Shown: positions 44,881 through 54,629 of the stretch, piece after piece
Layout: each line of letters begins with the position of its first letter
Position numbering within the stretch: the first letter of the stretch is position 1
Notes under the pieces: generated by a model
Seen by the model: the letters and a program-made list of their open reading frames with translations, nothing else
Database searches by the model: none
What the model was told of the DNA's origin: nothing
Position numbers and translations under genes: made by a program
Source: Candidatus Altimarinota bacterium
Lineage (GTDB): Bacteria; Patescibacteriota; Gracilibacteria; UBA4473
Assembly (NCBI GenBank): GCA_965231215.1
Contig: OZ246423.1
Span: forward strand, 1,152,001-1,216,000
Direction of reading: 5' to 3'
DNA: 64,000 nt

Positions 44881-47748
44881 TTATTGGCAGGCCTCACAAT
44901 CAGGATCTCCCAGGAGGCTAGCCATAGCGGCTGCGGAAGCTACAGGGGCTGCAGGGGTCACCGTTGGAGTTTCTTTTTTGACCGTAGGCGTTGGCGATGG
45001 TGTAGCTGGGGTGGTGCTTACAGCTTCGGTTTTATTTTCGGTTGGTTTGCTAAAGTCTCGTTTATGAGTCCCTTGAGCATTCAGTGTAGATTTTTCTACT
45101 TGAGAGGCGCCCAGAGTTCGGAGATAGTAGGTGGTTTTAAGTCCGTATTTCCAAGCCCCCATATATCCATCGGCGATGTCTTTACCACTGGTTCCTTTAT
45201 AGAAGATGTTGGTAGACTGAGCCTGGTCAAGCCATTTTTGCCTTTTACTGGCCTGTTTAATAATCCAGCTAGAGGGGATTTCAAAGACTTCTTTGTACTT
45301 TTGTCTAATAGTGACAGGAATTTCTTCAATCTGCTGTACTGACCCATCATGCATTTTGAGTTTTTCGTACATCTCCGCATTCCAAAGCTGAGCCTCTTTA
45401 AGATCTTCAACCAAGTATTTGTTGATTACGGTAAATTCTCCGCCCATGTTAGATTTAACATAGAGGTTTTTATAGATGGGTTCTGTACAAGGAATACACC
45501 CAGCAATATTTGAAATGGTAGCCGTTGGTGCAATAGCCATAGTGTTACTGTTTCGCATGCCATTTTTGGCAATAGATTCACGTACTGGAGTCCAGTCTTT
45601 TTTCATTTGTTGATCCATCATGATCTTTTCACCACGATGTTCTTCAAGTAATTTTACCGTATCGATGGGGAGTAAACCGCGATCCCATTTAGAACCTCTG
45701 AAAGACTCATAGCTACCTCTTTCTCCGGCCAGTTCTGAGCTAGAAAGAATAGCGTGATAAGAAATTTCTTCCATTACTTCATCTACGAAATCTACAGCAG
45801 TTTCTGAATCAAAATCTAGATTTTTCATAAAGAAAAGATCGGCTAACCCCATAAGGCCGAGTCCCACTGGACGGTGTTTCATATTTGAGGCTCGAGTTTC
45901 TTTCGTTGGGTAGAAGTTAATATCAATTACGTTATCAAGCATTCGCATAGCGATCTTAACCGTTTTAGCGAGCTTTTCGCGGTCTAGGTCTTTGGTTTGT
46001 TGGTCAAAGTGTTTAGCAAGGTTGAGTGATCCAAGGTTACATACAGCGGTCTCTTCCTTTGAATTATTCAGAGTGATTTCAGTACACAGGTTTGAGTCAT
46101 GAATCACTCCACAGTGATCTTGAGGTGATCGTACATTACAGGGGTCTTTGAAAGTCATCCAAGGATGACCAGTTTCGAAAAGCATCGTTACCATTTTTCT
46201 CCAAAGGTCGGCAGCTGGCATCGTTTTGTGAAGGTTGATTTCACCTTTTTCGGCCTTAGTTTCGTATTCATTATATTTGGCTTCAAAGTCTTTTCCGTAG
46301 AGATCATGTAGTTCGGGAACCTCGTCTGGTGAAAAGAGTGTCCAGTGACCTCCAGATTCTACTCGTTTCATAAATAGGTCTGGAATCCAAGCGGCGGTAT
46401 TCATGTCATGGGTTCTTCGGCGTTCGTCTCCTGTATTTTTACGAAGCTCCAAAAATTCGGGGAAGTCAAAGTGCCAACATTCAAGGTAGGCACATACGGC
46501 GCCTTTTCGTTTCCCTCCTTGGTTTACAGCAACGGCTGTGTCATTCGCAATTTTGAGAAAAGGAATAACCCCCTGAGAAGATCCATTAGTACCCTCAATT
46601 CGGGCCCCCGTGGCTCGTACTCTAGTCCAGTCATTCCCAATGCCTCCGGCCCATTTAGAAAGCTGGGCATTATCACCAATCACTTTAAAAATATGAGTCA
46701 AGGAGTCATCAATGGTAGAAAGGTAACAAGAAGAAAGTTGGGAGTGAGTTGTCCCCGCATTAAAGAGGGTTGGAGTTGAACTTATAAAACTAAGAGTTGA
46801 AAGATTATTATAGAACTCAATGGCATATTTTTCTCGGTCGGCTCCAGCCTCTGCAAGGGCTAATCCCATAGAAACTCTCATCCAAAAATGCTGGGGGGCT
46901 TCAATTCGTTCTTGGTTTACGTGGACAAAATACCGATCATATAAAGTTTGTAGACCTAGGTAGGTAAGATCTCGGTCACGTTCAGTTTTAAGTGCGTCTG
47001 TAATTCGGTCCAGATCAAAAGTGAGGAGTTCTTTGTTTACGCGGTTAGCTTCAACTCCTCGTTTGAGATTTTTGATAAAACTTTTTTGATACATATCTTC
47101 AAACTTTCCATCAGCAAATTTTTCTTGGAATACTTCTTTATAAATGGAATCAAGTAGCAATCTTGAAGCAAGAAAAGAGTATTCAGGATCTCGCTCGATA
47201 AAGGCTTTTGCCGCCATAACGAGCGCTTTAGAAATATTTTTAGTTTCTATTCCATCAAAGACATTCTTTTTTACCTCTTCAGCGATAATATTTTCATCTA
47301 CAAATTTGAGCCCTTTTGCGGCTCGGGCAATAGCTTTTTTTACTTTCTTAATATCAAAGATTTCAGTCCGGCCGTCAGACTTCGTTACTTTAAGAAGATT
47401 TTTCTCAATTTTTTGGAGCTCTTCAAGCCGTTGTTCCGCTCGTATTCGAGCCCGTTCAGCTCGGTATAAGATATAGTGTTTGGCAATATCAAAATTTCCA
47501 GATTCAACTAATTTTTTCTCAACCGTGTCTTGAATTTCTTCCACTGTTGGAAATTTTTCTAACCCATCAAATTGATTATTTAAATCCAACATAACGCTAT
47601 CGGTCATATCGCTTGCAAACGTTTCTCCAACATTTACCGGCCCTTCCGCTTGAGTTGCTTCTAGGGCTTTTTGTATAGCTACGACTATTCGTTGCGGATC
47701 AAAGTCAGCAACAATTCCAGTTCGTTTACGGATTTTAATAATGGACAT
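44881..47748 (-). CDS. nrdA: Ribonucleotide reductase alpha subunit with two ATP cones
   Basis: STPTLFNAG, SSCYL, SNLCTEI, APTATIS, TTYYLR, C-terminal CEACQ. Confidence 0.98.
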   Translation of the reverse strand: MSIIKIRKRTGIVADFDPQRIVVAIQKALEATQAEGPVNVGETFASDMTDSVMLDLNNQFDGLEKFPTVEEIQDTVEKKLVESGNFDIAKHYILYRAERARIRAEQRLEELQKIEKNLLKVTKSDGRTEIFDIKKVKKAIARAAKGLKFVDENIIAEEVKKNVFDGIETKNISKALVMAAKAFIERDPEYSFLASRLLLDSIYKEVFQEKFADGKFEDMYQKSFIKNLKRGVEANRVNKELLTFDLDRITDALKTERDRDLTYLGLQTLYDRYFVHVNQERIEAPQHFWMRVSMGLALAEAGADREKYAIEFYNNLSTLSFISSTPTLFNAGTTHSQLSSCYLSTIDDSLTHIFKVIGDNAQLSKWAGGIGNDWTRVRATGARIEGTNGSSQGVIPFLKIANDTAVAVNQGGKRKGAVCAYLECWHFDFPEFLELRKNTGDERRRTHDMNTAAWIPDLFMKRVESGGHWTLFSPDEVPELHDLYGKDFEAKYNEYETKAEKGEINLHKTMPAADLWRKMVTMLFETGHPWMTFKDPCNVRSPQDHCGVIHDSNLCTEITLNNSKEETAVCNLGSLNLAKHFDQQTKDLDREKLAKTVKIAMRMLDNVIDINFYPTKETRASNMKHRPVGLGLMGLADLFFMKNLDFDSETAVDFVDEVMEEISYHAILSSSELAGERGSYESFRGSKWDRGLLPIDTVKLLEEHRGEKIMMDQQMKKDWTPVRESIAKNGMRNSNTMAIAPTATISNIAGCIPCTEPIYKNLYVKSNMGGEFTVINKYLVEDLKEAQLWNAEMYEKLKMHDGSVQQIEEIPVTIRQKYKEVFEIPSSWIIKQASKRQKWLDQAQSTNIFYKGTSGKDIADGYMGAWKYGLKTTYYLRTLGASQVEKSTLNAQGTHKRDFSKPTENKTEAVSTTPATPSPTPTVKKETPTVTPAAPVASAAAMASLLGDPDCEACQ

Positions 47749-47882
47749 GTTTTTGAGAGAGGTTAATGGGTTAAGTTATGATTAAGTTCGTGTTTTTTGA
47801 GCACAAAATTTATACAAAGAGCGCAGAAATAGCGTTTCTTCCTGGATATTCAGGGGGATAAGTGCTTTTTATTTTGTTTTAT

Positions 47883-47930
47883 CCCCAATATGTTGAGGGC
47901 AAAAAGAATTCTAACTACAACATCTAGGGG
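47883..47930. promoter_or_regulatory. Tandem NrdR boxes
   Basis: cccCAATATGTTGagg (47883) and ctaCAACATCTAGggg (47915), 32 bp apart, upstream of nrdA. Confidence 0.8.
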
Positions 47931-48049
47931 GTGCAAATTAATTTCAAAAAAAAAGTTTGCGGAAATGGAGAAACATTTTTTGTGAAAAGAAGCCCGAAAT
48001 TTTATCGATAATTCTCGACTTTGTGGGGGATTGCTTTACTATCGCTTTG

Positions 48050-48832
48050 ATGGAAATTTGGCAGGCGGCTTTGCTCGGATTGGTTCAAGGCGTGACTGAA
48101 TTTCTCCCCATTTCTTCAAGCGGTCACTTGTTTTTGGGAGAATACTTTTTAGGACTTCAGCCTCATACTGATTTTATGATTGCGTTACATGTAGCGACAT
48201 TGTTAGCGGTTATTTTAGTCTATTTTGATCGTATACTCAGTTTGTTAAAAGCCTGGGGACAATGGTGGCTAGAGCCTAAGGCAAAAAATTTAGAAGCGAT
48301 CCTTGGGTGGCAACTCATTGTAGCCACGCTGGTCACGGTGGTGGTAGCTCTGATAATTGAACCTTATTTTGAAACTATTCTAAATCTCAAAACAGTCGCT
48401 ATCACTTTAATGCTAACGGGTTTATTAATTATGCTGTCAGAGTTTTTAGCCTGTAGATCAAAGAACCAAGTACTCAACTGGAGGCATACTTTGGGATTAG
48501 GCTTGGTACAGGGGCTGGCCGTTATTCCGGGGATTTCTAGATCAGGGATTACTATTGCTTATCTTTTAAGCATAGGCATTGACAGGCGACAGGCGGCTGA
48601 TATTTCCTTTCTTTTATCAATGCCTACTATTTTAGGAGCTGGAGTTTTTATGCTCAAATCCAATGATTGGCAACTGACCTTAGATGTGGCTCAGTGGATT
48701 GGCTGTGGTGTAGCTTTTTTGGCAGCTATAGTGGCCATTTTTTGGATGAAAAGCTGGGTGCAAGATAAATGGCTCTATTTTGCGCCCTATTGTATAGGGC
48801 TCTCTTTAATTTTATTTTTTGTATTGCTATGA
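48050..48832 (+). CDS. uppP: Undecaprenyl-diphosphate phosphatase
   Basis: QGVTEFLPISSSGH, PGISRSG; start moved to ATG 48050. Confidence 0.96.
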   Translation: MEIWQAALLGLVQGVTEFLPISSSGHLFLGEYFLGLQPHTDFMIALHVATLLAVILVYFDRILSLLKAWGQWWLEPKAKNLEAILGWQLIVATLVTVVVALIIEPYFETILNLKTVAITLMLTGLLIMLSEFLACRSKNQVLNWRHTLGLGLVQGLAVIPGISRSGITIAYLLSIGIDRRQAADISFLLSMPTILGAGVFMLKSNDWQLTLDVAQWIGCGVAFLAAIVAIFWMKSWVQDKWLYFAPYCIGLSLILFFVLL

Positions 48833-49434
48833 AACTGATTCTTGCTTCAACTTCGCCCAATCGTAAAGAACTCATGGATCGAATGGGCATACAATATGAA
48901 CTCAGAGTTCCAGACTATGAAGAGGTTATTGAACGTGATAAATCAGCTTTTGATCAAGTTCAACAATTTGCCGAAGGTAAAGCTTTGTCGGTTCAAGGGC
49001 CTCCAGATGAAGACCATTTGGTAATGGGGTTTGATTCAATGATTTATTTTGAAGGTCAGTCTCTGGGGAAAGCTCAGAGCGAAGAAGAAGCAATAGAAGT
49101 TTTAAAAAGCTTTGTTGGAAAACCACAAGAAATTGTAACGGGTTTCTGTTTGCATGGAATCTATAACGGTAAAGCCTTCAAGATTACAGATTATCAGTCA
49201 ACACCTGTAAAATTTCGTGACGATGTGACCGAAGACGAAATTAAGAAATATTTGACCTTTGGAGACTGGGAAGGGAAGTGTGGGGCTTATTCTATACTGG
49301 GGCCTGGTATTTTCTTTTTAGAATCCTTAGAGGGAGATTTCCAAAATATTGTGGGGATCCCCGTCATAAAGATCGGACATCATATAAAAAATCTTACTGG
49401 AAAAAGTTGGGTCAAATTGTTGTCAAAAAAATGA
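48829..49434 (+). CDS. maf: Maf family nucleoside triphosphate pyrophosphatase
   Basis: ILASTSPNRKEL, KA, D, LGK, KCGAY, NIVGIP; ATGA overlap with uppP. Confidence 0.92.
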   Translation: MKLILASTSPNRKELMDRMGIQYELRVPDYEEVIERDKSAFDQVQQFAEGKALSVQGPPDEDHLVMGFDSMIYFEGQSLGKAQSEEEAIEVLKSFVGKPQEIVTGFCLHGIYNGKAFKITDYQSTPVKFRDDVTEDEIKKYLTFGDWEGKCGAYSILGPGIFFLESLEGDFQNIVGIPVIKIGHHIKNLTGKSWVKLLSKK

Positions 49435-49566
49435 GATAAGTTGCCTTTATTATTGATGTTAAAGTTTGGGGAAGTTATTCAACTTCCAGAAGGGAGGAGC
49501 GAAAACTTTGAAACGCAGAGAATGGAGCCTGGAACGGCAGCCAGTTTTTGAGAAAACTAAATACCT

Positions 49567-49905
49567 TTACTGTATTAGTAGTTTTGTAATTTCTCCAAGA
49601 CCGCCCAGAACCTCCTGAGCTTGGTTCGCTGAGTTTAGAATTTGGTTACCTGTAGCTATGGGCTGTTGTACGACAGAAACTTTGTTCCATAAGGATTGAG
49701 TGAATAGCTTTAATTGAGCGAACGAAAACCAAATAAAAACCAAAATAATAATAAATTTTATAGTCTGAGCCGTAAGCTTGTAGCGTTCGGTCCAGAGGCG
49801 TTTTTTTTCAGTCTCTAAAAGAGCTTTTTGGGTATCGAGTATTTGTTCTAATAAAAGTTCTTGTCTTGGAGGGGTGTATGGTTTGGAAGCTTGATTTTGA
49901 GTCAT
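49567..49905 (-). CDS. Hypothetical single-pass membrane protein
   Basis: 112 aa with one TM helix. Confidence 0.6.
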   Translation of the reverse strand: MTQNQASKPYTPPRQELLLEQILDTQKALLETEKKRLWTERYKLTAQTIKFIIILVFIWFSFAQLKLFTQSLWNKVSVVQQPIATGNQILNSANQAQEVLGGLGEITKLLIQ

Positions 49906-50105
49906 GTTTTTAAGTATTATGAGTGATGGTCAAAAGGGGATGCCAACATTATAGAGGAAAAGGAGCGGAAATTCTAGGAACCATTTTACCCACAGAACTG
50001 ATTAAAAAAGGAGGGCGAGGCCCTTAGGCCCCTCTCTGTTTATATAAAATGTGGCTTGAAAAAGTTGAAGTAAATGGTACAAGTGTAGGGCGTTGAACCT
50101 TTATC

Positions 50106-50399
50106 ATGTTTGAACCTGCCAAAAACCTAGTTATTAGTGCCACCTCAAAATATAACCTAACCCGTCAGGCGGTAGGCGCAATGGTGTGTGAACGCGTACG
50201 AAAATTTTTGGCCGAGCACTATGCTGATTATGCGCCGTACTGGGAACCTCAAAAATTTCGTGGAGGAGTTTTGACCATTAAAGTCACTAGTAGTTCAGCG
50301 GCTTCGGTGTTATTTATGAAAACGCATGAAATTATGGAAAAATTAAAACGTTTAGAACTCCCAGAACCGATAAAGGAAATCCAGATAAATAAAGGGTAA
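50106..50399 (+). CDS. DciA/DUF721-like protein
   Basis: FRGGVLTIKVTSSSAASVLFMKTHEIMEKL...IKEIQ pattern. Confidence 0.7.
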   Translation: MFEPAKNLVISATSKYNLTRQAVGAMVCERVRKFLAEHYADYAPYWEPQKFRGGVLTIKVTSSSAASVLFMKTHEIMEKLKRLELPEPIKEIQINKG

Positions 50400-50454
50400 A
50401 AGTTCGGAGTAAAGATTTTGATAAATTTTTAAATTTTTATTAGCATGAGATTGT

Positions 50455-51882
50455 ATGAAATCGTACAAACTCGGCTTAGTTTTTGGAGTGGCTCTTCTGA
50501 TGCTTTGGGGCTGTGAAAAGCGTGACCCAGCAGAAACGGCTCTGGGCGATGAGGCTACTTTGGGGCAGGCGGTTACTATGCAGCTTTGGACGACAGAAGA
50601 GCCAAGATTTTTTGAAGCGCTCACAAAAGAATTCATTGCAGAACTAGCGGTTCCAAACCTTCGGTTTAAGGTTATTAGCTTTGACTCAGAAAAAGAATTG
50701 CAGGCCTATGCTGTAGACAAAATGGCTGAAGGCGAAGGCCCTGATATTATTTTTACTAATGGGGAATGGATCGCACAAAACACAGGGAAATTAGTACCGG
50801 TAGGAGAGGCCGATGAAGGGTTTAATGAGACCAACTTTAGAAATACTTTTGTACAATCAGCCTCTGAGTTGTTGATACAGGAGGAAAAGATTTATGGAAT
50901 ACCGCTCGCGATTGATACACTCGCTTTAATATTTAATGAAGAACATATTGAGGATCGTCTTCCAGAAGCGAATACCCCGAGTCGTAACTGGAGAGATTTT
51001 CGGCAAGATGTAGAGAATATTACGAAAGCAGACAACTCATTTGAAAGATTTTCTGCCTCTGGTGCCGCTCTGGGAAGAATGGACAATACCAATCACGGCG
51101 GGGCGCTTCTGGAAACCATTATGGTGCAAATGGGAATTCAGTTTTTTGATGAAAATGGAACTCAGGCTTTGTTTAATCAGTCTCAAAGCGTAGAAGAAGG
51201 AGGGCGAAGACAAAATCTTGGAGTAGAGGCTTTTAACTTTTACACCAGTTTTGCCGATGATCGATTTAAAAATCATTCATGGAATGATCTTTTAGCCGAT
51301 AGTGGATCTAATCTAAAAGATTTTGAAACCTTTGCTCGAGGGAAAACTTCTATGGTTTTTGCTTATGCTCGAGACCTTAAAAAGATTGATGAAATCATTG
51401 AAAGCCTTGAAGGGCGCCAAGAAAAAGTAATCAATGCGAAAGATTTGAGAGTTTCTTTTTTGCCGCAGATACAGGACCCATCGGTCAGTGCCGATAGACG
51501 CATTGTGGCTAAGGTCTCAGCTTTAGGGGTAAGTCGTACAACGGAGTATCCTAATACGGCTTGGCAGTTCCTTAAATACGCTATTAAAAAAGATAACCTT
51601 CAGAAATTTCATGAAGAAACAAGTCTCCCAACTCCGCGCGTAGATATGTTAGCTCAACAGGAATCTATGCCAGAAGTAGGCGTGTATGTGAGACAGGCAA
51701 AATTTGCCCGAGCTAATAAGCTGCCCCTTCCAAAAGCTGAATTCTATGAAGCTTTAGCTCCAATTATTTTAGATATTAACGATCGTAAGTTGACGTTAGA
51801 GAAGGGGATTAATTTACTGGCCAATCGACTAACTCAAAGACTCAAAACACTCCAGGCCAAAAGGAAAGAAATGGGTGACTAA
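50455..51882 (+). CDS. ABC-type extracellular solute-binding lipoprotein (sugar family)
   Basis: Lipobox LWGC, GEGPDI, YGIPLAIDTLALIFN, F..GK.SM, AWQFL. Confidence 0.85.
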   Translation: MKSYKLGLVFGVALLMLWGCEKRDPAETALGDEATLGQAVTMQLWTTEEPRFFEALTKEFIAELAVPNLRFKVISFDSEKELQAYAVDKMAEGEGPDIIFTNGEWIAQNTGKLVPVGEADEGFNETNFRNTFVQSASELLIQEEKIYGIPLAIDTLALIFNEEHIEDRLPEANTPSRNWRDFRQDVENITKADNSFERFSASGAALGRMDNTNHGGALLETIMVQMGIQFFDENGTQALFNQSQSVEEGGRRQNLGVEAFNFYTSFADDRFKNHSWNDLLADSGSNLKDFETFARGKTSMVFAYARDLKKIDEIIESLEGRQEKVINAKDLRVSFLPQIQDPSVSADRRIVAKVSALGVSRTTEYPNTAWQFLKYAIKKDNLQKFHEETSLPTPRVDMLAQQESMPEVGVYVRQAKFARANKLPLPKAEFYEALAPIILDINDRKLTLEKGINLLANRLTQRLKTLQAKRKEMGD

Positions 51883-51887
51883 AGCTT

Positions 51888-52982
51888 ATGAAGTCATCAT
51901 TCTTGAGGTACCAGAATTTATTACCATGGCCTATTTGGCCAGGGGTGGTGGTGTTTTTGATTTTTGTTTGGGCCTTAGGTTTTTGGGTGCCTCATGGGGT
52001 TTTGCTCTATCAAGGTGAAAATATTCTGGGACAATACGCAGGGAGTTCTAATATTTATTTTCCTTATATAGGGCTTACTATTTTTGGTATTTTTTTAGTA
52101 CAGTATTGCTTAGGTAAAACTAAATATTTACACCCTACACGAAAAATTTATGCTTTATGTTTAGTAGTATTCTTAACGCTTAATGCCATTTTTTCTTTGC
52201 AGCCAGAGATAGGAGTTTTAGGGGTAGGAATTTGGTGTATCGGTTTGCTTTGTTTGAGTCTCTCATTGGAAAGATTTTTGTATAATAATATGTGGTGGGG
52301 TGTTTACAGTTTAGGTTTGGTGTTGGGAACCGTTTTTGCTTTTGAGAATGTTTTACTCTTTGAGACTTTAGCGGTGGCACTACTTTTTTGGCAGTGGTGG
52401 GGGGGCCGGATTACGAAGAATCTTTACCTTAAAGGTATTTATTTGTTTCTGCCTTTAATTTGGAGTTTGATTTGGGGCAATTTTTATTTCTATATTTTAA
52501 TAGGAATCGTTGGTGTAGGACTCAGTTTAAGGTTTGTTACCAGAAATAGGTACACTCAAATTTGGCCGATGGCTTACCTATTGGGTTTCCTGAGTGTAGG
52601 TTTCTGGGCCTGGAAATCAGGAATGTTTTTCTGGCCAGATATATCTTGGTTTGAAGGTCCTCTATTGGAAGGCGTAGGGATAGGGCAAAGCTTTTTGGCG
52701 CAGTACAATACGTTCGAAAACATTGCCAACCCTAAATTAATTTCATTGCCTGAGTTAGGGATAACCCGAATTTGGTATGAGCAGGGAATTTTTGGAATAA
52801 TAAGTCTCTACTTTTTATGGGCCCTGGGATTTAATAAAAATACAAAGGTTGATTGGATTAAACATTTTATCTTTTGGGGGAGTACGCTCGTATTGCCGAT
52901 GAGTTTTATTTTACCCAGTAGTATTTGGATTCTCTGTTTTTGGTATTTAGCGCAGGATACTGCTCACCAAGAAATTTCGTGA
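51888..52982 (+). CDS. Polytopic membrane protein, O-antigen ligase/polymerase-like
   Basis: Many TM segments; PLLEGVGIG and EQGIFG motifs. Confidence 0.55.
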   Translation: MKSSFLRYQNLLPWPIWPGVVVFLIFVWALGFWVPHGVLLYQGENILGQYAGSSNIYFPYIGLTIFGIFLVQYCLGKTKYLHPTRKIYALCLVVFLTLNAIFSLQPEIGVLGVGIWCIGLLCLSLSLERFLYNNMWWGVYSLGLVLGTVFAFENVLLFETLAVALLFWQWWGGRITKNLYLKGIYLFLPLIWSLIWGNFYFYILIGIVGVGLSLRFVTRNRYTQIWPMAYLLGFLSVGFWAWKSGMFFWPDISWFEGPLLEGVGIGQSFLAQYNTFENIANPKLISLPELGITRIWYEQGIFGIISLYFLWALGFNKNTKVDWIKHFIFWGSTLVLPMSFILPSSIWILCFWYLAQDTAHQEIS

Positions 52983-53470
52983 TGTATATTGCCAAGGGAA
53001 TCAATAAATTTTAAAACATCTTGGGGTTTGATCTGGATACTCTTGTCATTTCTATTAGGGTGTAGGTGAAGGTATTCAGCTTCTAATAAGGAATCTTCAA
53101 TATACACCACCGTGTGGCTTTGGGTATCGCATATAAGACTAAAAGGTGAGACAGAGCCTGGGGTTGTGCCAAGGTATTTCATGAGCCTTTCGCTATCTGC
53201 AAATCCACATTTTTGTTCTGAAATTTCTCTGAATCGTGTTTTATTAAAGTCTATAGAATGAGGTAGCACTAATAAAAAGTGCTTCTTGCCATTTTTATTT
53301 CTAAGGAACAAGTTTTTACTCCTTACCCCTGGTAGGTTATTTGAGGCGTGGTATTTACTCGATACTTCACAGCTATCAAAATGTGGGTGTTCATACACGT
53401 TATAGCGAATGTTTAAACTATCAAGGCGTTCGTAGATTTTGGTTTCTACGTCAGGAAAGTTATGATTCAT
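52964..53470 (-). CDS. YbaK/ProX family prolyl-tRNA editing protein (ProXp-ala-like)
   Basis: YEHP, KNLFL, LGTTPGSVSPF, HPN.N. Confidence 0.88.
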   Translation of the reverse strand: MNHNFPDVETKIYERLDSLNIRYNVYEHPHFDSCEVSSKYHASNNLPGVRSKNLFLRNKNGKKHFLLVLPHSIDFNKTRFREISEQKCGFADSERLMKYLGTTPGSVSPFSLICDTQSHTVVYIEDSLLEAEYLHLHPNRNDKSIQIKPQDVLKFIDSLGNIHHEISW

Positions 53471-54629
53471 CGTCTTCGTTTAGTTCAGATTTTTTAGTAG
53501 GTTTTTGAGACTCCTTTTCTGCTTGTTCACGGAAAATTGAATGCGCAATTAACCAGATAAGGAGAATTACCACTAAGGCAAAAATACAAGTCATAATCCA
53601 GCTTTCATTTTCTGTAAATCGATTTTCATGATCATCACATTTATCTCCAATTTCATCGTTGTCAGAATCCTTTTGTGCTGGGTTGTGGGTGAATGGGCAG
53701 TTATCTTGAGCGGTCAACAGATTATCTTGATCTGGGTCTTCACACATATCACCTCGTTTATTTTTATCTAGATCTTTATTGCTTGGGTCCCAGTGTTTTG
53801 GACAGAGATCTTCGGTGTCAGGTAATCCATCTTCATCAAAATCTGAAATAAATAGGGGATTCTCTTTTCCATTTGGTAGCGAAAAAATCAAAGTGTCGTT
53901 TTCTACTTCAAGTGGAAGCACCTGAGCAATTTTTCGTTTGCTTTGTCCAAAATGTGGTTCATACCAAAGTCTATATTCTTTCCCTTCTTCGGCATAAAAG
54001 ATAACAGATTTTTTGTATTCAAATTCTGGGGAAGTCAACGAAATTTCATTTACTCTCAAAAAATGAGGAGTGATAAATTTAAGTTTCAAACGTTTGGGAT
54101 AAATGCCTGAAAATTTCAAAACTGACTGATAGGGGATTTTATCTATAAAGTTTTCAAATTTCCCATTTCCAAAATCAGCCTCAAGTGTCAAATATTTAGG
54201 TCTAAAAGTATCATTATCTAGGGTTATATTAAGGCCATCTACTCGTACATTTTTATTTACATGAAGCGTTATTTCATGATGTGGTACATTCGGATCAAAG
54301 GTAACAGCAGTGTCTAAATTTCTATCTCCCAAAAGGGCGGCTTTTCCCGCCACATGTCGGCTTAACGCCCCAATAAAAAAGAAGGGATCTTGTACTGATT
54401 TGAGTTGCACTCGGCTATCTAGGAAGTTGCCAGTTTTTGTTTCTTGGAGTAATACAAAATTCCCCAGAGTTTCAGTCGTTTCATATTCCACCACCTTAGG
54501 GGTGACAATCCCACTAACGGTAAAATCTATAAACTTGGCAAAACGATGAGTATTAAACTCTTCGCTTTTTGCACTAAGGCCAAAAGGCAGACTTAGGAGA
54601 ACGAAGCCGAGCAAAACATTTTTGATCAT
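53460..54629 (-). CDS. Surface protein with thrombospondin type 3 Ca-binding repeats and C-terminal TM anchor
   Basis: Signal peptide; DFDEDGLPDTEDLCP, DNCP...NPAQKDSDNDEIGDKCD. Confidence 0.85.
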   Translation of the reverse strand: MIKNVLLGFVLLSLPFGLSAKSEEFNTHRFAKFIDFTVSGIVTPKVVEYETTETLGNFVLLQETKTGNFLDSRVQLKSVQDPFFFIGALSRHVAGKAALLGDRNLDTAVTFDPNVPHHEITLHVNKNVRVDGLNITLDNDTFRPKYLTLEADFGNGKFENFIDKIPYQSVLKFSGIYPKRLKLKFITPHFLRVNEISLTSPEFEYKKSVIFYAEEGKEYRLWYEPHFGQSKRKIAQVLPLEVENDTLIFSLPNGKENPLFISDFDEDGLPDTEDLCPKHWDPSNKDLDKNKRGDMCEDPDQDNLLTAQDNCPFTHNPAQKDSDNDEIGDKCDDHENRFTENESWIMTCIFALVVILLIWLIAHSIFREQAEKESQKPTKKSELNEDDES

